Of a DNA stretch of 64,000 nt, positions 38,478 to 47,546 are shown piece after piece. A program made the position numbers and the translations under genes. The notes below the pieces were generated by a model that was not told where the DNA came from, made no database searches, and saw only the letters and a list, made by a program, of their open reading frames with translations. The DNA comes from Gammaproteobacteria bacterium (GTDB taxonomy: Bacteria; Pseudomonadota; Gammaproteobacteria; Pseudomonadales; Pseudohongiellaceae), in NCBI GenBank assembly GCA_041395725.1, contig JAWKZW010000001.1:919127-983126 (forward strand). The letters run 5' to 3'. Numbering within the stretch: position 1 is the stretch's first letter; every line of letters begins with the position of its first letter.

Positions 38478-38512
38478 ATTCCCGCGCCTGGGCCCTTGCT
38501 GGGGCCAGGGAG

Positions 38513-38557
38513 CCTTTGCCTGGCCCTGCGGGGAAAGGCAAAGGTTCCTGTTTTTTT
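38513..38557 (+). terminator. Hairpin plus T-run downstream of tonB
   Basis: CCTTTGCC (38513-20) pairs with GGCAAAGG (38537-44), followed by TTCCTGTTTTTTT. The loop is long (16 nt), so confidence is moderate only. Confidence 0.45.
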
Positions 38558-38563
38558 GCAGGA

Positions 38564-39799
38564 TTACCGGTCAGCCAGCCCCATGGCACTGCGGGCAAAT
38601 TCATGGCGGACCAACGGGACGATATCGATGGAGGCCAGACCCAGCTTGCGGGCCCATATCAGGCTGCTGCGGTTGCTGGAGAACAACCGGGTCAGGTAAT
38701 GGGAAAAACTGATAGTACGGTCCTGATCACGCTGCTGCAGATTCTGAAAAGTGTTTAGAACCTGCATGTTCCCGGGAGAAGCGCCGGCCGCTATTCCCTG
38801 TGCAAGCACGCCAGCCAGTTCCTCGGCATCGCGTAGTGCCAGGTTAAAACCCTGCCCCGCCACGGGGTGGAGCGTGTGAGCCACGTTGCCCAATAATACC
38901 AGGCCCGGCCTCACCTGCTCACGGGCAACCTGCAGACTGAGGGGGTAACAGAAACGCTCACCTATCCGATGAATCCGACCCAGCCGATAGCCAAAGCGCT
39001 CCTGCAGAATTGTAACCAGCTCTCTGTCTTCCAACCCCATCAGGCCCTCGGCGTCCTGCTCGGCAACAGTCCAGACCAGAGCACCTCGATATTCCCCGCC
39101 GAGGGGCTGCAGCGGCAGGATTGCCATCGGCCCGGTGTCGGTAAAGCGCTCATAGGCCACATTGTCGTGACTGCGGTCAAAGCCGATATTGGCTATTATG
39201 GCTTTCTGATCGTACTGCTGCCTGTCAATGGCAATACCAAGCTGATGACAGATGGGAGACCTGCCCCCATCAGCGAGAACAACCAGTGCAGTTTCAATCT
39301 CAACCAGCTGGCCTTCACCATTTCTTAATTGCAATGCCATACCAGTGGCAAGCGGTGCTGTGTTTTCAACACTGGCCGGAGCCAGAAAATCTATTCCCCC
39401 GGCTTCGTGCAGCGCCTGATTCAACACCGCACCAAAACGACGGTTCTCCACCACATACCCCAGGGCAGCCACTCCCTCGGACTCCCGGTCAAGTCGCGCA
39501 GAGCCGAAGTGACCGCGATCTGAAACATGGATCCGGTCAATGGGCGCCACACTGTCTGCCAGTGCGGCCCACAGGCCGATTTTCCCCAGGATCTGGCTGC
39601 TGCCATAGGACAGCGCCGTGGAACGATCGTCAAAACTGGGGGACAGAGCCTGACTCAACTCGGAACGGGCAGCCTCAACCACCAGGATAGAGGTATCAGC
39701 TGGCACCATGCGGCGCAACGCCAGGGCGAAACTGGCTCCCACCATACCCGCACCGATGACCGTGATGTCATATCTTTTATTCGGATTCTGTATAAACAT
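38564..39799 (-). CDS. ubiH: 2-octaprenyl-6-methoxyphenol hydroxylase (UbiH-like FAD monooxygenase)
   Basis: 411-aa ORF. YDITVIGAGMVGASFA, VLADGGRSP, and LVLLGNVAHTLHPVAGQGFNLALRD. It lies directly downstream of pepP, as in other gammaproteobacteria. Confidence 0.85.
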   Translation of the reverse strand: MFIQNPNKRYDITVIGAGMVGASFALALRRMVPADTSILVVEAARSELSQALSPSFDDRSTALSYGSSQILGKIGLWAALADSVAPIDRIHVSDRGHFGSARLDRESEGVAALGYVVENRRFGAVLNQALHEAGGIDFLAPASVENTAPLATGMALQLRNGEGQLVEIETALVVLADGGRSPICHQLGIAIDRQQYDQKAIIANIGFDRSHDNVAYERFTDTGPMAILPLQPLGGEYRGALVWTVAEQDAEGLMGLEDRELVTILQERFGYRLGRIHRIGERFCYPLSLQVAREQVRPGLVLLGNVAHTLHPVAGQGFNLALRDAEELAGVLAQGIAAGASPGNMQVLNTFQNLQQRDQDRTISFSHYLTRLFSSNRSSLIWARKLGLASIDIVPLVRHEFARSAMGLADR

Positions 39800-39813
39800 T
39801 CTATTCAGCGTGG

Positions 39814-41127
39814 CTAACCGGCCATAAGCGCTTCTATCTCATCGCCGTCTTTCGGCACGTCCCTGCTCAGCACCTTATTGCCTGTGCGGGTTACCAGCAC
39901 ATCATCCTCGATCCTGACGCCAATGCCGCGCCATTTCCTGGCAACTTTCCGGTTGTCAGGAGCGATGTAAATACCCGGCTCGATAGTGGTTACCATGCCT
40001 GGTTCCAGTAACCGCCAATTACCGTCGATGCGATAGTCGCCCACGTCGTGTACATCCATTCCCAGCCAGTGGCCGACCCGGTGCATGTAAAAATCGCGGT
40101 AGGTTTCCTTTTTGATAGCCTGACTCAGGGGTCCCTCAATCAGGCCGAGCCTGATCAGGCCGGAGGTGATGACCCGGACCGACACGTTGTGGGGCTCGTC
40201 GTAGGCGGCGCCGGGTTTGACCGCGTCGATAGCCGCTAAATTCGCCTTTAGAACGATATCGTAGACAGCACGCTGTTCCGGGCTGAAAACGCCACTGGCG
40301 GGAAAGGTTCTGGTGATATCGGAAGCGTAGTGCTGGTACTCACACCCGGCATCGATCAGCACCAGATCCCCTTCTCTGACCTCGGCATTGTTGGTGTCAT
40401 AATGCAGGATACAGGCATTATCTCCCGCGGCGACTATGGAGTTATAGGCCGGGAACCGGCTGCCGCTGCGGTAGAACTCATGAAGCAATTCCGCTTCCAG
40501 CTGGTACTCGTACACACCCGGCTTGCAGATTTTCATGGCTCGCTTATGGGCACGGGCGGAAATTTTTGCCGCCTTTTCCATTAACTTCATTTCCTTGCTG
40601 CTCTTCACCAGCCGCTGCTCGTGCAACAGGTGGTCCAGCACCAGGAATTCGCCGGGCGGGTGCACGCCCTGGCGCTTGTGGCTGCGCACCACATTCACCC
40701 AGTCCATCACCTGCTGATCAAACTGGGGGTCCTTGCCCATGGAATAGTAGACCCGCTCCCGCCCCTCGATCAGGCCCGGCAGGATATCGTTGACGTCCGA
40801 AATGGGAAATGCGTCATCGATCAACAACGCTTCGCTGGCACGCTGGGGCCCCATCAGGATTCCATTCCAGAGCTCCTTGAGCGGGTCTTTTTCCTGGCAG
40901 AACAGCACCGCCTCTCCCTGTTTGCGCCCGGGAATAAGCGCCAATACGGCCTGCTGCTCGGTGAAGCCGGTCAGGTAGTAGAAATCGCTGTTCTGCCGAT
41001 AAGGATAGTCGGCGTCGTTGTTGCGGGTTTTCGGGGTGGCAGCGGCCAATAAGGCAATGCTGTTGGGCTCCATATGGGCCATCAGCTCTTTGCGCCGGCG
41101 TTTATATTCTCGGGAATCGACTGTCAT
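39814..41127 (-). CDS. pepP: Xaa-Pro aminopeptidase
   Basis: 437-aa ORF. The N-terminal creatinase-like domain (YRQNSDFYYLTGF) and the pita-bread M24 domain (DLVLIDAGCEY..., HRVGHWLGMDVHD, TIEPGIY) are present. Confidence 0.9.
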   Translation of the reverse strand: MTVDSREYKRRRKELMAHMEPNSIALLAAATPKTRNNDADYPYRQNSDFYYLTGFTEQQAVLALIPGRKQGEAVLFCQEKDPLKELWNGILMGPQRASEALLIDDAFPISDVNDILPGLIEGRERVYYSMGKDPQFDQQVMDWVNVVRSHKRQGVHPPGEFLVLDHLLHEQRLVKSSKEMKLMEKAAKISARAHKRAMKICKPGVYEYQLEAELLHEFYRSGSRFPAYNSIVAAGDNACILHYDTNNAEVREGDLVLIDAGCEYQHYASDITRTFPASGVFSPEQRAVYDIVLKANLAAIDAVKPGAAYDEPHNVSVRVITSGLIRLGLIEGPLSQAIKKETYRDFYMHRVGHWLGMDVHDVGDYRIDGNWRLLEPGMVTTIEPGIYIAPDNRKVARKWRGIGVRIEDDVLVTRTGNKVLSRDVPKDGDEIEALMAG

Positions 41128-41480
41128 ATCCTTCCATTACTTCCACTTGCTTCTTAAGGCGTGACCGGATAGCACAGCGAAGACCGATGCGGCCTTCCGG
41201 TCCACCCGTTATCCACACGCACCCTTAACCCCTGATAATGGCAGGCCGATACACGCCGGCGGCAATGGGCCCCGACACAGGACCTGCCTGAAGGCCGGTG
41301 CGCCGCGTTACTTGTCTAAAGGACGGTTAGCATAGGCATAACGCCCGGACAGGTCCACCGGATCAGATGTTATTTTTGCGAATTGGGTCATTGACCCCCC
41401 TTGTCGGCCCCTCTATAGTTACTCTGCACTTAAATAAGTTCCGATAACATATTGCTTACATTGGAATTTAACCTGAAATC

Positions 41481-41702
41481 ATGGATCGAGTAATGAGCGA
41501 CGACAAGTTTCAAGCCCTGAACGAGAAGGTGGAATCCCTGATCGCCCTGTGTGTGGAAATGAAACAGGAGAATCAGCTGCTGAGAGCCAACGAGGAGTCC
41601 TGGCACGGCGAGCGCAGGGAACTGATGGAAAAGAACAAGGTAACGAAGACCCGGCTGGAATCAATCCTGGCCCGTCTGAAGGCCATGGACGAAACCCGGT
41701 AA
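41481..41702 (+). CDS. Small coiled-coil protein (ZapB-like / TIGR02449-type, usually found upstream of zapA)
   Basis: 73-aa heptad-rich ORF (FQALNEKVESLIALCVEMKQENQLLRANEESW...). Its position upstream of zapA is as in Pseudomonas-type loci. Confidence 0.6.
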   Translation: MDRVMSDDKFQALNEKVESLIALCVEMKQENQLLRANEESWHGERRELMEKNKVTKTRLESILARLKAMDETR

Positions 41703-41968
41703 TCCGCAATACCCAACCCCAGCCACAGCCTGACCTGACACCATGCCGGCCGGTGAATCTGTCGCCGGCTGGCATGGCTCGAAGACAGCTTACGCCAAGT
41801 ATTCAGAGAATCCGGTTCGGTATACAATAAATGTCGGCTTCAGGAACTCCGGTTTGGTCTGTGTACGCCCGGACCTGATAGATTCGGCGCGGTAAATCGC
41901 AATCAATAGATAGCAAGAAGCAAGACCTGAAGCCAGCGCGATAATAAATTTAACAGTGGGTAATCTTA

Positions 41969-42283
41969 ATGTCTGAAAAAAGCTCTTCTGTACAGATCCG
42001 GATTCTCGACAAGGAATACCATATCAACTGCCCGCCCTCCGATCAGGAAGCCCTGATGAAATCAGCCCGATACCTGGACGAGAGCATGCGCAAGGTCAAG
42101 GAAAAGGGAAATATCCACGGCAGTGAGAAGGTGGCGGTGATGGCAGCCCTGAACATTACCTATGAACTGCTGCAGAAAAACCGCCTGATAAATGAGACCC
42201 GTCGCGCCAACTCCGAACAGCTGGGTAAGCTGGAAGAAAAAATCGACCAGGCTCTGCAGCGCAGCCGTCAACTGGAAATGTAA
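41969..42283 (+). CDS. zapA: Cell division protein ZapA
   Basis: 104-aa ORF. VQIRILDKEYHINCPPSDQEALMKSARYLDESMRKV...VAVMAALNITYELL. Confidence 0.9.
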   Translation: MSEKSSSVQIRILDKEYHINCPPSDQEALMKSARYLDESMRKVKEKGNIHGSEKVAVMAALNITYELLQKNRLINETRRANSEQLGKLEEKIDQALQRSRQLEM

Positions 42284-42357
42284 GGCCAGTCTCCACCCGT
42301 CCTTGCGAAATCGAACTTGTCTGGCATCAACCCCGACAGCCAGCTATACTACTCAGC

Positions 42358-42540
42358 AGAGTTTCCTGGGGCATTTGCCAGTCAAAAGTGTTCTTGAGCC
42401 GATATTTGTAATACCGGAGGCAACTCGCCAGATGTTGTTGTGCATGTCCGCCAGACGGAAAGCCTTATACATCGCGGGAGCCACCACCTGAACCTTTCGG
42501 TTCAGGGCAAATTTGATAGCGGTGTTTTGGGGAACTTTCT
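42358..42540 (+). ncRNA. ssrS: 6S RNA
   Basis: It lies between zapA and the 5-FCL gene, as in E. coli. TTGAGCCGATATTTGTAATACC matches E. coli CUGAGCCGAUAUUUCAUACC. CACCTGAACCTTTCGGTTCAGGGC matches CACCUUGAACCAAGGGUUCAAGGG. The 5' AGTTTCCTGGGG pairs with the 3' TTTTGGGGAACT closing stem. Length is about 180 nt; ends are accurate to about 5 nt. Confidence 0.85.
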
Positions 42541-42597
42541 TACAACTCCGGTTCCGGCTGAGCGATAAGACCTCAGCCTCCAGCCTGCCCCTTTTCC

Positions 42598-43212
42598 ATG
42601 AGTCATTCCGACCGCGTCAGTCTCCGCAAGCAACTTCGTCAGAAACGTCGAGGTCTGTCCGCCGCTGAGCAACGGGACCGGTCTGAGCAGATTTTTCGTC
42701 GCGTCGTTACCCAGCCCAGTTTTCACCGGGCCAGACGTGTGGCCTTTTATTTTGCCAATGACGGGGAAGTGGACCCTCTGGCCATTCTGCTGCGATCCTG
42801 GCAGCTGGGCAAACGCTGCTATCTGCCTGTTCTCAGCGCCCACCGCCCTGACAAGGTCTGTTTTGCGCCTTTTCAGATGCGGGATGAACTGGTGCCTAAC
42901 CGCTGGGGAATCCTGGAACCTGACCTGCCTGCCAGGCGCCTGGTTGCGGCATTTTCTCTTGACCTGGTATTTGTGCCGCTGGTGGGTTTCGACCCGGACT
43001 GCAACCGCATGGGCATGGGCAAGGGGTTCTACGATCGCACTTTCGCTTACCGGGAGAGGCTGGGGTTCAGGCGGCCGCAGCTGATAGGCCTGGCCTATGA
43101 ATTACAGAGAGTAGACAGCATCCCCACCAGCTCCTGGGATGTGCCGCTGGACGCGGTCGTTACTGAAACCGGCTGTTACTGGCGCCGGAAAGGTACCGGA
43201 CAACTGCCCTGA
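42598..43212 (+). CDS. 5-formyltetrahydrofolate cyclo-ligase
   Basis: 204-aa ORF. LRKQLRQKRRGLS..., YFANDGEVDP, and GMGKGFYDRTF. This is the classic ssrS-ygfA arrangement. Confidence 0.85.
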   Translation: MSHSDRVSLRKQLRQKRRGLSAAEQRDRSEQIFRRVVTQPSFHRARRVAFYFANDGEVDPLAILLRSWQLGKRCYLPVLSAHRPDKVCFAPFQMRDELVPNRWGILEPDLPARRLVAAFSLDLVFVPLVGFDPDCNRMGMGKGFYDRTFAYRERLGFRRPQLIGLAYELQRVDSIPTSSWDVPLDAVVTETGCYWRRKGTGQLP

Positions 43213-43676
43213 CACCGCCAGCTCCCTGCCCGCAGCAACCTTCTTTTACTACCCGCTATATTATAGCCTGGCAGATGCCTGAGCAGCTCTCAGGCGGTTA
43301 AGGCTGACTGGCACCTGCCGGCACTAAAACAGTGCGCTTTGCGCGACGCTGCTGGCAAGCACGCTAACGACAAACAAAGTGATAACGACGATCACCATAT
43401 CCGGTTTTCTACTCATATCCCCGCTCCAGATGGTTTGTTGTTAACTCCGGAATACCGTCCATACTGTACTGCTTCCGGTGACACAGAATTTAGCGGCGCC
43501 CTGTCATAATCCTTTAATAATTAAGGTAAATCAGGCAATTACTGCTCTTATGGCGGAATACAACAGGGATTGACTGCCGGCTTCACAATGACACTGGAGC
43601 GCGGATTCCATATCCGCCTGATAACGGATTGGCCGGCCTCCAACGCTTGAAACAGCAATTTAGTCGCCCGTGGCTA

Positions 43677-43721
43677 TTGCCCGGGGAAATTTCCTGGCTA
43701 TACTACTGTACATACATACAG
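43677..43721 (+). promoter_or_regulatory. imuA promoter (TTGCCC-16 nt-TATACT) with LexA box CTGTACATACATACAG (43706-43721)
   Basis: Read directly. CTGT-N8-ACAG is the gammaproteobacterial SOS-box core, 2 nt downstream of the -10 hexamer. Confidence 0.8.
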
Positions 43722-43736
43722 TTATTTTATGCAGGA

Positions 43737-44540
43737 ATGCCATTCCCAGGTAACCGGGCCACTCCCATGAAAACCATAACAAGTTTCCCAGAAAGCCAGA
43801 CGCAAAGCCTGAAAGCCCTTGAAAACACGGCCTCCAGCAGGAACACCATCGACAGCCTGCTATCGTGCAACCCGATTCTGTGGCGTGGCTGCGACATGGC
43901 CGGTCGTGGTCATCACGGCCAAACCACCGGCTACCCGCGACTGGACGATATCCTGCCTGGTCGCGGCTGGCCCCGTAATGCCATTGTGGAAATCGTCACT
44001 CCCCAGTGGGGCATGGGGGAGCTGCAGTTGCTGGTTCCACTGATGCGCAAGACAGTCAATCGGGGCCAATGGATTCTGTGGATTTCACCACCCTACCTGC
44101 TCAACAGCCCGGCCCTGCTACAGGCCGGCATCGACCCTGGCCGGATACTGGTAGTCAATCTGGAAACTTCCTGTCAGGACGCACTGTGGAGTATGGAAAA
44201 AGCCCTGCAGGAACCAGGCTGCGGGCTGGTACTGGCCTGGCAGAACTGGTTGCCGGACAAGGTGGTCCGCCGTCTGCAACTGGCGGCAGAGGGTGGTGAA
44301 ACCCTGGGAGTGCTTTTACAGCACAGAGCCAGTAAGTACTCACAACCGTCTTTGCGCCTGCAATTGAAGGAATCCTGTCCTGCAGACCAGGCACCATCCA
44401 GGGGCCGAAATAACAGACTATCCCCTACGGAAATCACTGTGCTGAAAGCCCGGGGCAATTTCCGCCCCCGGTCGGTACAGCTCAACCTTTACCAGGAGAA
44501 TTTCCCGTTTTCGCTGCCCTGTGACCACGAAAATTCATGA
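43737..44540 (+). CDS. imuA: Translesion-synthesis-associated protein ImuA (RecA/SulA-like)
   Basis: ILWRGCDM...TTGYPRLDDILPGRGWPRNAIVEIVTPQWGMGELQLL matches ImuA. The track ORF starts at 43629 but would include the LexA box and promoter, so the start is ATG 43737 or 43767 (undecided). Confidence 0.8.
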   Translation: MPFPGNRATPMKTITSFPESQTQSLKALENTASSRNTIDSLLSCNPILWRGCDMAGRGHHGQTTGYPRLDDILPGRGWPRNAIVEIVTPQWGMGELQLLVPLMRKTVNRGQWILWISPPYLLNSPALLQAGIDPGRILVVNLETSCQDALWSMEKALQEPGCGLVLAWQNWLPDKVVRRLQLAAEGGETLGVLLQHRASKYSQPSLRLQLKESCPADQAPSRGRNNRLSPTEITVLKARGNFRPRSVQLNLYQENFPFSLPCDHENS

Positions 44541-46000
44541 AAAAGCATGAAGTCATTCTGCAACTGCCGTTGTCAGGGCCGGCCGAAGCCGCCAGGGGAC
44601 AGGTGGTGCAGCTGCCTGGCAAGGCAAAGTCGCCGGTCCCGGCAAACAAACAGCAAACACAGCCGCGCAGCCTCTGGTATGCCCTGCACCTCCCCCAGCT
44701 GGCGGAGCTTCCCGAACAACGCCAGCAGCAGCGACTTGAACAGCTGGCGGCACTGGCCACCGGGGTCAGTTCCAGAGTCAGCCTGCACCCCTGCTCCCTG
44801 GTGTTCGAGATACGCAGCAGCCTGCGCTACTTCGGCGGTATCGATAAACTGCATGAGGTCCTGGCTCCCCGGATAACCAGACAACTGCTGGACTGGCAGC
44901 TTGACGGGCAGTTTTATCACGCCGCCGCCCCCACTGTTACCGGCAGCCTGCTGCTGGCACGAAGTGGCCACAACCAGCTGATCTACCGCCGTGACAACCT
45001 GCGCTCCGCCCTGGGCAAACTCTCCACCGACGCGCTGGAAATGAGCCGGGAGCAGCGCCGGCGCCTCTATAATATGGGGGTACGGCACCTGCGAGACCTG
45101 TGGCGTCTGCCTGATGAGGGCTTACGGAAACGTTTCGGCAGCGATTTCCTCAACCAGCTGCATAAGGCGGTGGGCGAACGACCTGAACCGCAGCACTACT
45201 ATCAGCCACCTCCGGTTTTCCAGAGCAGTTATGACCTGCCCTGCGAAATCGAGAACGTGAGCCTGTTGCTTCCAGTCGTGGAGGAGTTTCTGGCTCAGCT
45301 GGTGGATTTCCTGCGCCGCCGCGATCTCAGCACCAGCCGGCTGATGCTGTCGCTGGTTCATGAAAAGCAGACCAAAACCCGGGTAAACCTGGGGCTGCGC
45401 CAGCCCAGCCGCTGTCAACAGCACCTGCTGCAACTATTGCAGATTCACCTGAGCAGTCTTGCCCTGCCGGCACCCGTGGTCGGCCTGAAAATGCAGGTGG
45501 AACGCTTTGACGCCCACCTGGGAGAGTCCGACCAACTGCTGCCGGGCAGGCGTTTGGACGAAAGCAGGCCGGTCGAGCAGCCTGCGGATTATCCCCATGA
45601 CAGGCTCGACTCGTTTATGGATCAGCTGCAGGCCCGCCTGGGAGAACAGCCTCTGCGCAGGATCAGCGGCGTAGCGGAACACTGCCCGGAATATGCCACC
45701 AGGGAGTTCCATCCACTGCATGACCTGACCCGGCCCGGGTGCACCCTGGCCGCCCGGAACCCTCGCCCTTTCTGGATTTTCCCCGCCCCCCGGCTCCTCA
45801 GGGTAAGAGGCGGCCGACTCTATCATCGCCGCCCCATCACCATCCTCAGCGGACCCGAGCGCATCGAAAGCCGCTGGTGGTCCGGCACCGACGTGCGTCG
45901 CGATTATTATGTGGCCCTGGAAGAAAACGGCAGCCGTCTGTGGATTTACCGGGAAAAAACCGGCGCACAGGGCTGGTACCTGCACGGGGTTTTTGCCTGA
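44537..46000 (+). CDS. imuB: Y-family-polymerase-like protein ImuB
   Basis: 487-aa ORF with an ATGA overlap with imuA. SLWYALHLPQLAELP..., VSLHPCSLVFEIRSSLRYFGG, and LRDLWRLPDEGLRKRFG are typical of ImuB. Confidence 0.85.
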   Translation: MKKHEVILQLPLSGPAEAARGQVVQLPGKAKSPVPANKQQTQPRSLWYALHLPQLAELPEQRQQQRLEQLAALATGVSSRVSLHPCSLVFEIRSSLRYFGGIDKLHEVLAPRITRQLLDWQLDGQFYHAAAPTVTGSLLLARSGHNQLIYRRDNLRSALGKLSTDALEMSREQRRRLYNMGVRHLRDLWRLPDEGLRKRFGSDFLNQLHKAVGERPEPQHYYQPPPVFQSSYDLPCEIENVSLLLPVVEEFLAQLVDFLRRRDLSTSRLMLSLVHEKQTKTRVNLGLRQPSRCQQHLLQLLQIHLSSLALPAPVVGLKMQVERFDAHLGESDQLLPGRRLDESRPVEQPADYPHDRLDSFMDQLQARLGEQPLRRISGVAEHCPEYATREFHPLHDLTRPGCTLAARNPRPFWIFPAPRLLRVRGGRLYHRRPITILSGPERIESRWWSGTDVRRDYYVALEENGSRLWIYREKTGAQGWYLHGVFA

Positions 46001-46169
46001 TTCTGAAAAAACCTGGTCCTGGACAAAAAAGCCAAGGCAAACCCACAGGAAACGCCCGGCCGGATCGGGGTCGAGCCACGCATATCCTCAATTTCGGAAG
46101 GATTTCAACGCCGGCAGGCATTACAATAGGCACCCGGTTAACTGCCGAGATGGTCCACGGAGAACAGTA

Positions 46170-46577
46170 ATGAAATCATCGACACACCTCACCTGCAGCG
46201 CCCTGCTGCTGACCAGCCTGCTGGTATCCGCCTGCACACAGAGTGGCGGCTATACGCCAGGGCGTCGGGGGCCCGGCGGACCGCCCGGCCAGGCCCAGAC
46301 AGAAGTCTCAATCACAATCAGCACCGCGGATGCGCGAAGACTGGCCGTAACCTACGGGCTGGCCGGCAGACGGGCCCTGCCCCCGGGCATACGCCGTAAC
46401 CTGGTACGGGGCCGGCCACTGCCGCCCGGCATCGCGCGCCAGATTGTGCCCCTGCGCATGCTGGGGGAGTTGCCGGTTGTTCCTGGTCACCAGTGGCATA
46501 TCGCCGGCCGGGATCTGTTGTTGATTGCACTGGGAACACTGGTTGTGGTGGAAATCCTCGAAGACGTGTTCGAGTAA
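46170..46577 (+). CDS. Putative lipoprotein with duplicated R-x-LPPGI motif
   Basis: The internal ATG at 46170 gives MKSSTHLTCSALLLTSLLVSAC (lipobox). GRRALPPGIRRNLVRGRPLPPGIARQ follows. The track ORF (45909) would overlap imuB. Confidence 0.6.
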   Translation: MKSSTHLTCSALLLTSLLVSACTQSGGYTPGRRGPGGPPGQAQTEVSITISTADARRLAVTYGLAGRRALPPGIRRNLVRGRPLPPGIARQIVPLRMLGELPVVPGHQWHIAGRDLLLIALGTLVVVEILEDVFE

Positions 46578-46841
46578 AGCAAGCAGATTCCCACCCGCCT
46601 ATTCCTGCAATCCGAATGCTGACAGGGGCAGGTCAGGGAGGGCTTTTGACGAGCAAGCGGGCGTCAGCCGCCAGGAGAAAGCTCTCCCCGGGCTGACCCG
46701 CGCAGGGTCAGTCGAGGGTTAATCGGTTTGCGGAGGGCGCGTTGCATCAACGAGGCCTGGCTCTGAGGAGTACTTGGCATGCCTCGCAATAATAATAGAA
46801 TCAGCTGATACTCACTTCTCTAGTGACAGGAGGCGAAACCC

Positions 46842-47330
46842 ATGAAAAAAATAACCCCCTTCCTGTGGTTCGACGGCAACGCCGAGGAGGCGGTCGAGTT
46901 CTACACGGGCATATTCCCGAATTCCGCAATCACTCATACCAGCCATAGCGACGAAGCAGGTCCGGGCGAGCCGGGTAGTGTTCTTACCATTGGTTTCAGT
47001 TTAAATGGAAACGAAATGACCGCCTTGAACGGCGGACCTGCATTCAAGTTCAGCGAAGCAATTTCGCTCTTTGTGCACTGCGATGACCAGGATGAAATTA
47101 ACTATTACTGGGAGAAATTACTCGAAGGTGGCACACCGATGGCCTGCGGCTGGCTGAAGGACAAATTCGGTGTGGCCTGGCAGATCGTCCCGGCAGGCTT
47201 TTTCGAGATGATCACCGGTGACGATGAGGCCAGAAATTCACGGGTGAAGGCAGCAATGTATACGATGATTAAATTTGATATCGCTGCCCTGGAAGCCGCA
47301 TACCACGACAAGAATCCAAACATTGCATAA
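46842..47330 (+). CDS. VOC (glyoxalase/PhnB-like, 3-demethylubiquinone-9 3-methyltransferase domain) family protein
   Basis: 162-aa ORF. MKKITPFLWFDGNAEEAVEFYTGIFPNS and KDKFGVAWQIVP are hallmarks of this family. Confidence 0.8.
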   Translation: MKKITPFLWFDGNAEEAVEFYTGIFPNSAITHTSHSDEAGPGEPGSVLTIGFSLNGNEMTALNGGPAFKFSEAISLFVHCDDQDEINYYWEKLLEGGTPMACGWLKDKFGVAWQIVPAGFFEMITGDDEARNSRVKAAMYTMIKFDIAALEAAYHDKNPNIA

Positions 47331-47546
47331 TTTGTTGGGGTCGGGAGCTTTCAGAGTAGAATTTCCAGCCTCGCACGGAGATTTTTATGGATTGAGCCTA
47401 GTCACTTAGTCACTCTACGTAATATCCAGAAAAATTGAGTACGGCGCTGGAAAGGCTGCTATGGAAGCAGCGAAGCGGTCCTGGGCCAAGAATTTATGCA
47501 ATGAATGGGTTAACTGCCCAGGGCTTCTCCCTTCAGGCCGGCCTTC

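Noticed and set aside
43450-43476. CTGT…ACAG strings (TACTGTACTGCTTCCGGTGACACAG) upstream of the 30-codon ORF as a possible third LexA box
   Set aside because: The spacing between CTGT and ACAG is 15 nt, not 8. The sequence 8 nt after CTGT is CGGT. It is not an SOS box.
43629-43736. N-terminal 36-46 codons of the track ORF for imuA
   Set aside because: This extension would contain the -10 element and the LexA box of the gene's own promoter. The conserved ImuA sequence starts well downstream, so an internal ATG (43737 or 43767) is used.
45909-46169. N-terminal extension of the 222-aa ORF overlapping the end of imuB
   Set aside because: The extension is Arg/Pro-rich and overlaps imuB by 92 nt. 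The internal ATG at 46170 yields a textbook lipoprotein signal peptide.
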